From positions 1-64,000 of the forward strand of contig NIVC01001752.1 in the NCBI GenBank assembly GCA_002269645.1: a stretch of 64,000 bases of DNA. Reading direction: 5' to 3'. Shown piece after piece: positions 1 to 13,066 of this stretch. Position 1 is the first letter of the stretch; every line of letters starts with the position of its first letter. The notes below the pieces were generated by a model. That model saw only the letters and a list, made by a program, of their open reading frames with translations. It had not been told where the DNA came from and made no database searches. Origin of the DNA: Macrostomum lignano. Taxonomy: Eukaryota. A program made the position numbers and the translations under genes.

Positions 1-3000
1 GGGGGTAAGAATCGTTAGAAGATTCTTGGGGTAAGAATCGTTAGAAGATTCTGGGGGTAAGAATCGTGAGGTTCTGGGGGTAAGAATCGTGAGGTTCTGG
101 GGGTAAGAGTCGTGAGGTTCTGGGGGTAAGAGTCGTGAGGTTCTGGGGGTAAGAGTCATGAGGTCTCTGGGGTAAGAATCGTTTGTAGAAGATTCTGGGG
201 GTAAGAATCGTGAGGTTTCTGGGGTAAGAATCGTGAGGTTCTGGGGTAAGAGTCGTGAGGTTCTGGGTAAGAGTCGTGAGGTTCTGGGGGTAGAGTCGTG
301 AGGTTCTGGTGGTAAGAATCGTGAGGTTCTTCTGGGGTAAGAATCGTGAGGTTCTGGGGGTAAAGTCGTGAGGTTCTGGTGGTAAGAATCGTGAAGTTCT
401 GGGGGGTAAGAATCGTTAGAAGATTCTGGGGGTAAGAATCGTGAGGTTCTGGGGGGTAAAAATCGTTAGAAGATTCTGGGGGTAAGAATCGTGAGGTTCT
501 GGGGGTAAGAATCGTGAGGTTCTGGGGGTAAGAATCGTGAGGTTCTGGGGGTAAGAATCGTTAGAAGATTCTGGGGGTAAGAATCGTGAGATTCTGGGGG
601 TAAGAATCGTGAGGTTCTGGGGTAAGAATCGTGAGGTTCTGGGGTAAGAATCGTGAGGTTCTGGGGTAAGAGTCGTGAGGTTCTGGTGGTAAGAATCGTG
701 AGGTTCTGGGGTAAGAATCGTTAGAGATTCTGGGGTAAGAATCGTGAGGTTCTGGGGGTAAGAATCGTGAGGTTCTGGGGGTAAGAATCGTTAGAAGATT
801 CTGGGGGTAAGAATCGTGAGATTCTGGGGGTAAGAATCGTGAGGTTCTGGGGGTAAGAATCGTGAGGTTCTGGGGGTAAGAGTCGTGAGGTTCTGGGGGT
901 AAGAGTCGTGAGGTTCTGGGGGTAAGAGTCATGAGGTTCTGGGGGTAAGAATCGTTAGAAGATTCTGGGGTAAGAATCGTGAGGTTCTGGGTAAGAATCG
1001 TGAGGTTCTGGGGGTAAAAGTCGTGAGGTTCTGGGGGTAAGAGTCGTGAGGTTCTGGGGGTAAGAGTCGTGAGGTTCTGGTGGTAAGAATCGTGAGGTTC
1101 TGGGGGTAAGAATCGTAGGTTCTGGGGTAAGAGTCGTGATGTTCTGGTGGTAAGAATCGTGAAGTTCTGGGGGTAAGAATCGTTAGAAGATTCTGGGGGT
1201 AAGAATCGTGAGGTTCTGGTGTAAGAGTCGTGAGGTTCTGGGGGTAAGAGTCGTGAGGTTCTGGTGGTAAGAATCGTGAGGTTCTGGGGGTAAGAATCGT
1301 GAGGTTCTGGGGGTAAGAGTCGTGAGGTTCTGGTGGTAAGAATCGTGAGGTTCTGGGGGGTAAGAATCGTTAGAAGATTCTGGGGGTAAGAATCGTGAGG
1401 TTCTGGGGGGTAAAAATCGTTAGAAGATTCTGGGGGTAAGAATCGTGAGGTTCTGGGGGGTAAGAATCGTGAGGTTCTGGGGTAAGAATCGTGAGGTTCT
1501 GGGGGTAAGAATCGTTAGAAGATTCTGGGGTAAGAATCGTGAGATTCTGGGGTAAGAATCGTGAGGTTCTGGGGGTAAGAATCGTGAGGTTCTGGGGGTA
1601 AGAATCGTGAGGTTCTGGGGTAAGAGTCGTGAGGTTCTGGTGGTAAGAATCGTGAGGTTCTGGGGGTAAGAATCGTTGAGATTCTGGGGGTAAGAATCGT
1701 GAGGTTCTGGGGTAAGAATCGTGAGGTTCTGGGGTAAGAATCGTTAGAAGATTCTGGGGGTAAGAATCGTGAGATTCTGGGGGTAAGAATCGTGAGGTTC
1801 TGGGGGTAAGAATCGTGAGGTTCTGGGGGTAAGAATCGTGAGGTTCTGGGGGTAAGAATCGTGAGGTTCTGGGGGTAAGAATCGTGAGGTTCTGGGGTAA
1901 GAATCGTTAGAAGTTCTGGGGTAAGAATCGTGAGATTCTGGGGGTAAGAATCGTGAGGTTCTGGGGGTAAGAATCGTGAGGTTCTGGGGGTAAGAATCGT
2001 GAGGTTCTGGGGGTAAGAGTCGTGAGGTTCTGGTGGTAAGAATCGTGAGGTTCTGGGGGTAAGAATCGTTAGAAGATTCTGGGGGTAAGAATCGTGAGGT
2101 TCTGGGGTAAGAATCGTGAGGTTCTGGGGGTAAGAATCGTTAGAAGATTCTGGGGTAAGAATCGTGAGTTCTGGGGGTAAGAATCGTGAGGTTCTGGGGG
2201 TAAGAATCGTGAGGTTCTGGGGTAAGAGTCGTGAGGTTCTGGGGGTAAGAGTCGTGAGGTTCTGGGGGTAAGATCATGAGGTTCTGGGGTAAGAATCGTT
2301 AGAAGATTCTGGGGGTAAGAATCGTGAGGTTCTGGGGTAAGAATCGTGAGGTTCTGGGGGTAAAAGTCGTGAGGTTCTGGGGGTAAGAGTCGTGAGGTTC
2401 TGGGGGTAAGAGTCGTGAGGTTCTGGTGTAAGAATCGTGAGGTTCTGGGGGTAAGAATCGTGAGGTTCTGGGGGTAAGAGTCGTGATGTTCTGGTGGTAA
2501 GAATCGTGAAGTTCTGGGGGGTAAGAATCGTTAGAAGATTCTGGGGGTAAGAATCGTGAGGTTCTGGCGGTAAGAGTCGTGAGGTTCTGGTGGTAAGAGT
2601 CGTGAGGTTCTGGTGGTAAGAGTCGTGAGGTTCTGGTGGTAAGAATCGTGAGGTTCTGGGGGTAAGAATCGTGAGGTTCTGGGGGTAAGAGTCGTGAGGT
2701 TCTGGTGGTAAGAATCGTGAGGTTCTGGGGGGTAAGAATCGTTAGAAGATTCTGGGGGTAAGAATCGTGAGGTTCTGGGGGGTAAAAATCGTTAGAAGAT
2801 TCTGGGGGTAAGAATCGTGAGGATCTAGGGGTAAGAATCGTGAGGTTCTGGGGTAAGAATCGTGAGGTTCTGGGGTAAGAATCGTTAGAAGATTCTGGGG
2901 TAAGAATCGTGAGATTCTGGGGTAAGAATCGTGAGGTTCTGGGGGTAAGAATCGTGAGGTTCTGGGGGTAAGAATCGTGAGGTTCTGGGGGTAAGAGTCG

Positions 3001-6000
3001 TGAGGTTCTGGTGGTAAGAATCGTGAGGTTCTGGGGGTAAGAATCGTTAGAAGATTCTGGGGGTAAGAATCGTGAGGTTCTGGGGGTAAGAATCGTGAGG
3101 TTCTGGGGGTAAAATCGTTAGAAGATTCTGGGGTAAGAATCGTGAGGTTCTGGGGGTAAGAATCGTGAGGTTCTGGGGGTAAGAATCGTGAGGTTCTGGG
3201 GGTAAGAATCGTGAGGTTCTGGGGGTAAGAGTCGTGAGGTTCTGGGGGTAAGAGTCATGAGGTTCTGGGGGTAAGAATCGTTAGAAGATTCTGGGGGTAA
3301 GAATCGTGAGTTCTGGGGGTAAGAATCGTGAGGTTCTGGGGTAAGAGTCGTGAGGTTCTGGGGTAAGAATCGTGAGGTTCTGGGGGTAAGAATCGTGAGG
3401 TTCTGGGGGTAAGAATCGTGAGGTTCTGGGGGTAAGAATCGTGAGGTTCTGGGGTAAGAGTCGTGATTCTGGGGTAAGAATCGTGAGGTTCTGGGGGTAA
3501 GAATCGTGAGATTCTGGGGGTAAGAATCGTGAGGTTCTGGGGTAAGAATCGTGAGGTTCTGGGGGTAAGAATCGTGAGGTTCTGGGGGTAAGAATCGTGA
3601 GGTTCTGGGGGTAAGAATCGTGAGGTTCTGGGGGTAAGAATCGTTAGAAGATTCTGGGGGTAAGAATCGTGAGATTCTGGGGGTAAGAATCGTGAGGTTC
3701 TGGGGGTAAGAATCGTGAGGTTCTGGGGGTAAGAGTCGTGAGGTTCTGGGGGTAAGAGTCGTGAGGTTCTGGTGGTAAGAATCGTGAGGTTCTGGGGGTA
3801 AGAATCGTTAGAAGATTCTGGGGGTAAGAATCGTGAGGTTCTGGGGTAAGAATCGTGAGGTTCTGGGGGTAAGAATCGTTAGAAGATTCTGGGGGTAAGA
3901 ATCGTGAGTTCTGGGGGTAAGAGTCGTGAGGTTCTGGTGGTAAGAATCGTGAGGTTCTGGGGGTAAGAGTCGTGAGGTTCTGGGGTAAGAGTCGTGAGGT
4001 TCTGGGGGTAAGAATCGTGAGGTTCTGGGGGTAAGAATCGTTGAAGATTCTGGGGTAAGAATCGTGAGGTTCTGGGGTAAGAATCGTGAGGTTCTGGGGT
4101 AAGAAGTCGTGAGGTTCTGGGGGTAAGAGTCGTGAGGTTCTGGGGTAAGAATCGTGAGGTTCTGGGGTAAGAATCGTGAGGTTCTGGGGTAAGAATCGTG
4201 AGGTTCTGGGGGTAAGAATCGTGAGTTCTGGGGTAAGAATCGTGAAGTTCTGGGGTAAGAATCGTGAGATTCTGGGGTAAGAATCGTGAGGTTCTGGGGG
4301 TAAGAATCGTGAGGTTCTGGGGTAAGAGTCGTGAGGTTCTGGGGGTAAGATCGTGAGGTTCTGGGGTAAGAATCGTGAGTTCTGGGGTAAGAATCGTGAG
4401 ATTCTGGGGGTAAGAATCGTGAGGTTCTGGGGGTAAGAATCGTGAGGTTCTGGGGGTAAGAATCGTTAGAAGATTCTGGGGGTAAGAATCGTGAGGTTCT
4501 GGGGGTAAGAATCGTGAGGTTCTGGGGGTAAGAATCGTGAGGTTCTGGGGGTAAGAATCGTGAGGTTCTGGGGTAAGAATCGTGAGGTTCTGGGGGTAAG
4601 AATCGTTAGAAGATTCTGGGGGTAAGAATCGTGAGATTCTGGGGTAAGAATCGTGAGGTTCTGGGGTAAGAATCGTGAGGTTCTGGGGTAAGAATCGTGA
4701 GGTTCTGGGGGTAAGAGTCGTGAGGTTCTGGTGGTAAGAATCGTGAGGTTCTGGGGGTAAGAATCGTTAGAAGATTCTGGGGGTAAGAATCGTGAGATTC
4801 TGGGGGTAAGAATCGTGAGGTTCTGGGGGTAAGAATCGTGAGGTTCTGGGGGTAAGAGTCGTGAGGTTCTGGGGTAAGAATCGTGAGGTTCTGGGGGTAA
4901 GAATCGTGAGGTTCTGGGGGTAAGAATCGTGAGGTTCTGGGGGTAAGAATCGTGAGGTTCTGGTGGTAAGAATCGTGAGGTTCTGGGGGTAAGAATCGTG
5001 AGGTTCTGGGGTAAGAATCGTGAGGTTCTGGGGTAAGAATCGTGAGGTTCTGGGGGTAAGAATCGTGAGGTTCTGGGGTAAGAGTCGTGAGGTTCTGGGG
5101 TAAGAATCGTGAGGTTCTGGGGTAAGAATCGTGAGGTTCTGGGGGTAAGAGTCGTGAGGTTCTGGTGGTAAGAATCGTGAGGTTCTGGGGGTAAGAATCG
5201 TGAGGTTCTGGGGGTAAGAGTCGTGAGGTTCTGGGGTAAGAATCGTGAGGTTCTGGGGGTAAGAGTCGTGAGGTTCTGGGGGTAAGAGTCGTGAGGTTCT
5301 GGGGTAAGAATCGTGAGGTTCTGGGGGTAAGAATCGTGAGGTTCTGGGGGTAAGAATCGTGAGGTTCTGGGGTAAGAATCGTGAGGTTCTGGGGTAAGAA
5401 TCGTTAGAAGATTCTGGGGGTAAGAATCGTTAGAGGTTCTGGGGGTAAGAATCGTGAGGTTCTGGGGGTAAGAATCGTGAGGTTCTGGGGGTAAGAATCG
5501 TGAGGTTCTGGGGGTAAGAGTCGTGAGGTTCTGGTGGTAAGAATCGTGAGGTTCTGGGGGTAAGAATCGTGAGATTCTGGGGGTAAGAATCGTGAGGTTC
5601 TGGGGGTAAGAATCGTGAGGTTCTGGGGGTAAGAATCGTGAGATTCTGGGGGTAAGAATCGTGAGGTTCTGGGGTAAGAATCGTGAGGTTCTGGGGGTAA
5701 GAATCGTGAGGTTCTGGGGGTAAGAATCGTGAGGTTCTGGGGGTAAGAATCGTGAGGTTCTGGGGGTAAGAATCGTTAGAAGATTCTGGGGGTAAGAATC
5801 GTGAGGTTCTGGGGGTAAGAATCGTGAGGTTCTGGGGGTAAGAGTCGTGAGGTTCTGGGGGTAAGAGTCGTGAGGTTCTGGGGGTAAGAGTCGTGAGGTT
5901 CTGGGGTAAGAATCGTGAGGTTCTGGGGGTAAGAATCGTGAGGTTCTGGGGTAAGAATCGTGAGATTCTGGGGGTAAGAGTCGTGAGGTTCTGGGGGTAA

Positions 6001-8126
6001 GAGTCGTGAGATTCTGGGGGTAAGAATCGTGAGGTTCTGGGGTAAGAATCGTGAGATTCTGGGGTAAGATCGTGAGGTTCTGGGGTAAGAGTCGTGAGGT
6101 TCTGGGGTAAGAGTCGTGAGGTTCTGGGGTAAGAATCGTTAGAAGATTCTGGGGTAAGAATCGTGAGGTTCTGGGGTAAGAGTCGTGAGATTCTGAGGGT
6201 AAGAGTCGTGAGATTCTGAGGGTAAGAGTCGTGAGATTCTGGGGTAAGAGTCGTGAGATTCTGGGGGTAAGAATCGTTAGAAGATTCTGGGGTAAGAATC
6301 GTGAGGTTCTGGGGTAAGAGTCGTGAGATTCTGGGGGTAAGAGTCGTGAGATTCTGAGGGTAAGATCGTGAGATTCTGGGGTAAGAATCGTGAGATTCTG
6401 GGGGTAAGAATCGTGAGATTCTGGGGTAAGATCGTGAGATTCTGGGGGTAAGATCGTGAGATTCTGGGGGTAAGAATCGTGAGATTCTGGGGTAAGAATC
6501 GTGAGATTCTGGGGGTAAGAATCGTGAGATTCTGGGGTAAGAATCGTGAGATTCTGGGGTAAGATCGTGAGATTCTGGGGTAAGAATCGTGAGATTCTGG
6601 GTAAGAATCGTGAGATTCTGGGGTAAGAATCGTGAGATTCTGGGGTAAGAATCGTGAGATTCTGGGGTAAGAATCGTGAGATTCTGGGGTAAGAATCGTG
6701 AGATTCTGGGGTAAGAATCGTGAGATTCTGGGGGTAAGAATCGTGAGATTCTGGGGGTAAGAATCGTGAGATTCTGGGGGTAAGAATCGTGAGATTCTGG
6801 GGGTAAGAATCGTGAGATTCTGGGGTAAGAATCGTGAGATTCTGGGGGTAAGAATCGTGAGATTCTGGGGTAAGAATCGTGAGATTCTGGGGGTAAGAAT
6901 CGTGAGATTCTGGGGTAAGAATCGTGAGGTTCTGGGGGTAAGAATCGTGAGATTCTGGGGTAAGAATCGTGAGATTCTGGGGTAAGAATCGTGAGATTCT
7001 GGGGGTAAGAATCGTGAGGTTCTGGGGTAAGAATCGTGAGATTCTGGGGTAAGAGTCGTGAGGTTCTGGGGTAAGAATCGTGAGATTCTGGGGGTAAGAA
7101 TCGTGAGGTTCTGGGTAAGAGTCGTGAGGTTCTGGGGTAAGAATCGTGAGATTCTGGGGTAAGAATCGTGAGATTCTGGGGGTAAGAATCGTGAGATTCT
7201 GGGGTAAGAATCGTGAGGTTCTGGGGGTAAGAATCGTGAGGTTCTGGGGGTAAGAATCGTGAGGTTCTGGGGGTAAGAATCGTGAGATTCTGGGGTAAGA
7301 ATCGTGAGATTCTGGGGTAAGAATCGTGAGATTCTGGGGTAAGAGTCGTGAGGTTCTGGGGTAAGAGTCGTGAGGTTCTGGGGGTAAGAATCGTTAGAAG
7401 ATTCTGGGGGTAAGAATCGTGAGGTTCTGGGGTAAGAATCGTGAGATTCTGGGGGTAAGAATCGTGAGATTCTGGGGTAAGAATCGTGAGGTTCTGGGGT
7501 AAGAATCGTGAGATTCTGGGGGTAAGAATCGTGAGATTCTGGGGTAAGAATCGTGAGGTTCTGGGGGTAAGAATCGTGAGATTCTGGGGTAAGAGTCGTG
7601 AGGTTCTGGGGGTAAGAAGATTCTGGGGTAAGAATCGTGAGGTTCTGGGGGTAAAAATCGTTAGAAGATTCTGGGGTAAGAATCGTGAGGTTCTGGGGGT
7701 AAAATCGAGTTCTGTAAGAATCGTGAGGTTCTGGGGTAAGAATCGTGAGAAGAGGTTCTGGGGTAAGAGGTTCGTGAAGATTCTGGGGTAAGAATCGTGA
7801 GGTTCTGTGAGTCGTGATTCTGAGGGTAAGAATCGTTAGAAGATTCTGTAAGAGTGTTCTGAGGGTAAGAGTCGTGAGATTCTGAGGGTAAGAGTCGTGA
7901 GATTCTGAGGGTAAGAGTCGTGAGATTCTGAGGGTAAGAGTCGTGAGATTCTGAGGGGAGTCGTGAGATTCTGGGGGAATCGTGAGATTCTGGGGGTAAG
8001 CATCGTGAGATTCTGGGGGTAAGCATCGTGAGATTCTGGGGGTAAGCATCGTGAGATTCTTGGGGTAAGAATCGTGAGATTCTGGGGGTAAGCATCGTGA
8101 GATTCTGGGTGTAAGACTCGTGAGAT
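1..8126 (+). repeat. 22-23 bp G-rich minisatellite (GGGG[G]TAAGAATCGTGAG[G/A]TTCT), roughly 350 units, intronic in RIO2; continues beyond the window start
   Basis: The unit is readable throughout. The GAGGTTCT variant dominates 5' and GAGATTCT dominates from ~6200. The array ends ~45 nt before the RIO2 acceptor. Confidence 0.97.
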
Positions 8127-8172
8127 CCCAAAATGATGATTATTCAGCATCTCCCGCATTCTTCATCAACAG

Positions 8173-8628
8173 GTATCGGCAGTCAGATTGGTGTTGGCAA
8201 AGAAAGCGATGTCTACTTGGCTTGCGATGCGGATGGCGGCGAAGTGTGCGTGAAGTTGCACCGACTTGGTCGAACGTCTTTCCGTCAGTTAAAGAACAAG
8301 CGCGACTATATTGGTGCCCGACGTCACTTCAACTGGCTCTACGTGAGCAGACTATCAGCTGAGAGAGAGTTCGCCTTCCTGCAGGCTCTGCACTCCGAAG
8401 GCCTGCCAGTGCCCAAGCCGCATGGTCACAATCGACACGCTGTTGTCATGGAGTTTGTCACCAATTCCAGTCCGCTGAATAGCGTGTCCAGCGACCATCC
8501 TGATGCGGAGTCCCTGTACCTGCAGTGCCGGGCTGGACTGGAGCGACTGGCGGAGCTGGGACTGGTGCATGGCGATTATAATGAGTTCAATCTGCTGGTG
8601 CAGGAGCCCAGCGATGAAGGGCCTGATG
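8173..8628 (+). CDS. RIOK2: RIO2 atypical kinase, internal exon (N-lobe to catalytic loop)
   Basis: Translation has IGSQIGVGKESDVY, KLHRLGRTSFRQLKNKRDY, WLYVSRLSAEREFAFL, PVPKP..NRHAVVME and HGDYNEFN, all RIO2 hallmarks. Acceptor CAACAG ends at 8172; donor G|GTTGGT at 8629 (phase 1). The winged-helix exon(s) lie upstream of the window. Confidence 0.95.
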
Positions 8629-8744
8629 GTTGGTGTCTCTGGGTTTAGGGATTTTGGAGCTTTTGGATTTGTTTTAGGATCAGTTGCGATTGCTTTCAGA
8701 TCGGTTAGGATGTTTTGGGATTCATTGGGACGGTTTTGGGATTT

Positions 8745-9100
8745 TTAGAAATGTTTTAGGATTTTAAGGATTTTTCGGGATCTTAGGGATTTGTTTTTGG
8801 GATCTTAGGGATTTGTTTTTGGGATCTTAGGGATTTGTTTGGTATCTTAGAGATTTGTTTGGGATCTTAGGGATTACTTTGGGATCTTAGGGATTTGTTT
8901 TGGGATCTTGGGGATTTGTTTTGGGATCTTAGGGATTACTTTGGGATCTTGGGGATTTGTTTTGGGATCTTAGGGATTTGTTTTGGGATCTTTGGGATTT
9001 GTTTGGGATCTTTGGGATTTGTTTGGGATCTTAGAGTTTGTTTTGGGATCTTAGGGATTTGTTTGGGATCTTAGAGATTAGTTTGGGATCTTAGGGACTG
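8745..9100 (+). repeat. ~20-21 bp intronic minisatellite (TTTGGGATCTTAGGGATTTG)
   Basis: Tandem units visible inside intron 8629-9258. Confidence 0.9.
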
Positions 9101-9258
9101 CTTTACGATTCCGGGCAATGTTTTGGAGTTTATTTTTGGATCCAAGGGGTTGTTAGGGATGTTTAAACTTATTTTGGCTTTAGGTTTTTTTCTGGATCTC
9201 AAGTATGTTCGGGAATGTTTTGGATTGTTTCATCACCATTGCCAACAATTTTTCGCAG

Positions 9259-9497
9259 GCAAACCGCTCGTGCGCATCATCGACCTGCCGCAGTGCATCT
9301 CGCGGCGGCACCCACAGGCTGTTGAGCAGTACAACAGGGACGCCGGCTGTCTGGTGACCTTCTTCCTGCGCAAGTTCGAACAGCTGCGTCACGGCTGGCT
9401 GCAGGAGCGCGAGCCAACTCGCCTGTCAGACATTTCCCGGGATGCCCGGGGTGTCCGGCTGGACGAGAAACTGAAAGCATCCGGTTACAGAGCTGGG
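9259..9497 (+). CDS. RIOK2: RIO2 internal exon (metal-binding loop DLPQ, C-lobe)
   Basis: Acceptor TTTTCGCAG ends at 9258. G+GC completes the Gly from the previous exon. IIDLPQCISRRHPQA..Y.RD..C...FF.RKF..LD..LKASGY matches the RIO2 C-lobe. Donor GGG|GTGAGC at 9498 (phase 0). Confidence 0.93.
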
Positions 9498-9510
9498 GTG
9501 AGCTCAAGAC

Positions 9511-12443
9511 AAAATCCCCATCATTATCCCAAATCTAGAGTCCCCATCATGATCCCAAATATAGAATCCCCATCATGATCCCAAATATAGGATCCCCATC
9601 ATGATCCCCAGTCTAGAATCCCCATGATGATCCCAATCTAGAATCCCCATCATGATCTGCAATCTACTCGTAGAATCCCCATCATGATCCCCAAGTCTAG
9701 AATCCCCATCATGATCCCCAGTCTAGAATCCCCATGATGATCCCAAATATAGAATCCCCATGATGATCCCAAATATAGAATCCCCATCATGATCCCAATC
9801 TTGAATCCCCATCATGATCCCAATCTAGAATCTCCATCATGATCCCAATCTAGAATCCCCATCATGATCCCAATCTAGAATCCCCATCATGATCCCAATC
9901 TAGAATCCCCATCATTATGATCCCAAATCTAGAATCCCCATCATGATCCCAAATCTAGAATCCCCATCATGATCCCAAATCTAAAATCCCCATCGTGATC
10001 CCCAATCTAGAATCCCCATCATGATCCCAATCTAGAATCCCCATCATGATCCCAATCTAGAATCCCCATCATTATGATCCCAAATCTAGAATCCCCATCA
10101 TGATCCCAAATCTAGAATCCCCATCATGATCCCAAATCTAAAATCCCCATCGTGATCCCCAATCTAGAATCCCCATCATGATCCCAATCTAGAATCCCCA
10201 TCATGATCCCAATCTAGAATCCCCATCATAATCCCCAATCTAGGATATCCATCATGATCCCAAATCTACAATCCCCATCGTGATCCCCAATCTAGAATCT
10301 CCATCATGATCCCAATCTAGAATCTCCATCATGATCCCCAATCTAGAATCTCCATCATAATCCCCAATCTAGAATCCCCATCATGATCCCAAATATAGAA
10401 TCCCCATCATGATCGACAATCTAGAATCCCCATCATGATCTGCAATCTACTCGTAGAATCCCCATCATGATCCCAAATATAGAATCCCCATCATGATCCC
10501 CAATCTAGAATCCCCACCATTATCCCAAATCTAGAATCCCCAATATGATCCCCAAGTCTAGAATCCCCATCATGATATCCAAATCTAAAATCCCCATCGT
10601 GATCCCCAATCTAGAATCCCCATCATAATCCCAATCTAGAATCCCCATCATAATCCCAATCTAGAATCCCCATCATGATCCCAATCTAGAATCCCCATCA
10701 TGATTCCAAATCTAGAATCCCCATCATGATCCCAATCTAGAATCCCCATCATGATCGACAATCTAGAATCCCCATCATGATCCCAAATCTACTCGTAGAA
10801 TCCCCATCATGATCCCCAATCTAGAATCCCCATCATGATCCCCAGTCTAGAATCCCCATCATGATCCCCAATCTAGAATCCCCACCATTATCCCAAATCT
10901 AGAATCCCCAATATGATATCCAAATCTAGAATCCCCATCATGATTCCAAATCTAGAATCCCCAATATGATCCCCAAGTCTAGAATCCCCATCATGATTCC
11001 CAATCTAGAATCCCCATCATGATCCCAATCTAGAATCCCCATCATGATTCCCAATCTAGAATCCCCACCATTATCCCAAATCTAGAATCCCCAATATGAT
11101 ATCCAAATCTAGAATCCCCATCATGATTCCAAATCTAGAATCCCCAATATGATCCCCAAGTCTAGAATCCCCATCATGATTCCCAATCTAGAATCCCCAT
11201 CATGATCCCAATCTAGAATCTCCATCATGATTCCCAATCTAGAATCCCCATCATGATCTGCAATCTACTCGTAGAATCCCCATCATGATTCCCAATCTAG
11301 AATCCCCATCATGATTCCCAATCTAGAATCCCCATCATGATCCCAATCTAGAATCCCCATCATGATTCCCAATCTAGAATCCCATCATGATCCCAATCTA
11401 GAATCTCCATCATGATCCCAATCTAGAATCCCCATCGTGATCCCAATCTAGAATCCCCATCATGATCTGCAATCTACTCGTAGAATCCCCATCATGATTC
11501 CCAATCTAGAATCCCCATCATGATTCCCAATCTAGAATCCCCATCATGATCCCAATCTAGAATCCCCATCATGATTCCCAATCTAGAATCCCCATCATGA
11601 TCCCAATCTAGAATCCCCATCATAATCCCCAATCTAGAATCTCCATCATGATCCCAAATATAGAATCCCCATCATGATCCCCAATCTAGAATCCCCATCA
11701 TGATCTGCAATCTACTCGTAGAATCCCCATCATGATCCCCAATCTAGAATCCCCATCATGATCCCCAATCTAGAATCCCCATCATGATCCCAATCTAGAA
11801 TCCCCATCATGATCCCAATCTAGAATCCCCATCATGATCCCAATCTAGAATCCCCATCATGATTCCAAATCTAGAATCCCCATCATGATTCCAAATCTAG
11901 AATCCCCATCATGATCCCAATCTAGAATCCCCATCATGATCCCAATCTAGAATCCCCATCATGATCCCAATCTAGAATCCCCATCATGATCCCAATCTAG
12001 AATCCCCATCATAATCCCAAATATAGAATCCCCATCATGATCTCTAGAATCCCCATCATGATCTCTAGAATCCCCATCGTAATCTAGAATCCCCATCATG
12101 ATCCCCAAGCTATCTAGAATCCCCATCATGATCCCCAAGTCTAGAATCCCCATCATGATCCCCAGTCTAGAATCCCCATGATGATCCCAAATATAGAATC
12201 CCCATCATGATCCCAATCTTGAATCCCCATCATGATCCCCAATCTAGAATCCTTATCATTATCCCCAAATCTAGAGTCCCCATCATGATATCCAAATCTA
12301 AAATCCCCATCGTGATCCCCAATCTTGAATCCCCATCATAATCCCAATCTAGAATCCCCATCATGATCCCCAATCCAGAATCCCCATCATTATGATCCCC
12401 AATCCAGAATCCCCATCGTGATCCCAATGATAGATCCCATCAC
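9511..12443 (+). repeat. ~24-26 bp minisatellite (CTAGAATCCCCATCATGATCCCAAT) filling the last RIO2 intron
   Basis: Starts ~13 nt after the donor and ends ~12 nt before the acceptor. Each unit holds TCTAGA and ATCATGAT palindromes. Confidence 0.96.
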
Positions 12444-12455
12444 CATCCTTTTAAG

Positions 12456-12896
12456 GACGTGGTTGCTGAGGAAGAGGAGGATTCAAACGAAGACTCAGAC
12501 TCGACAGCTAATGAGGATTGCGATGAAGCCGCTAAGGCTAAGGAAGCTGGAGCAACAGCAAATTCTGATGCAGACAAACCCGGCGAAGAAGGAGAAGATA
12601 AAGATGAAGACGTCTCAGACTCCGATGCAGACTCGAACAGCGAGGAGTCAGGCGAGTCGGCAGAAGACTCAGAAGCTGCAGGTGCTGTTGGAGCAACAGG
12701 TGCCAAGTCAACTGGGAAAAGTTCTCGTCGATCCAAACCTCCCGACGACCCATCGACCGCCAGGCGCCGGGTGCGCGCTGAGCGCCAGCGCGAGATGCGC
12801 CGGGCCGGTCTGCGCGCTGGCAGACGCGCAGCTAAGCGCGAACGAACGGCGCGCGATCGGCGAGACATGCACGAAGAGCTGACGACCTGGGGCTGA
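12456..12896 (+). CDS. RIOK2: RIO2 terminal exon (acidic linker, basic C-terminus ending TTWG*)
   Basis: Acceptor CCTTTTAAG ends at 12455, phase 0 as required. A D/E/S-rich tract is followed by an Arg-rich helix and a terminal Trp-Gly, as in RIO2 C-termini. Stop TGA at 12894-12896. Confidence 0.88.
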   Translation, partial: DVVAEEEEDSNEDSDSTANEDCDEAAKAKEAGATANSDADKPGEEGEDKDEDVSDSDADSNSEESGESAEDSEAAGAVGATGAKSTGKSSRRSKPPDDPSTARRRVRAERQREMRRAGLRAGRRAAKRERTARDRRDMHEELTTWG

Positions 12897-12950
12897 TTTA
12901 AAGTTTTCTCCTGGTTGAAGGTTGAACCGCATTTGTCCTTCTGTCGTTGA

Positions 12951-13010
12951 AATAAAATGGGAAGAAATATATCAGCAAAAAAATTTAAAATGGACTTGTT
13001 CGGCAATAAA
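12951..13010 (+). terminator. Candidate RIO2 polyadenylation signals (AATAAA at 12951-12956 and 13005-13010)
   Basis: Two AATAAA hexamers 55-110 nt after the stop, with T-rich sequence downstream. Confidence 0.55.
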
Positions 13011-13066
13011 ATAACTTGATATTATTGATTGCCTTCTGTTGAAAATTTCTTTTGTCTGTAAAGTTT

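Noticed and set aside
561-8159. Minus-strand repeat ORFs (PQNLTILTP/ESHDSY), and similar ORFs at 19-20.6, 26, 32, 36-44, 50, 56-61 and 63.6 kb
   Set aside because: They are translations of tandem or simple repeats with no domain content; the first set lies antisense within a RIO2 intron.
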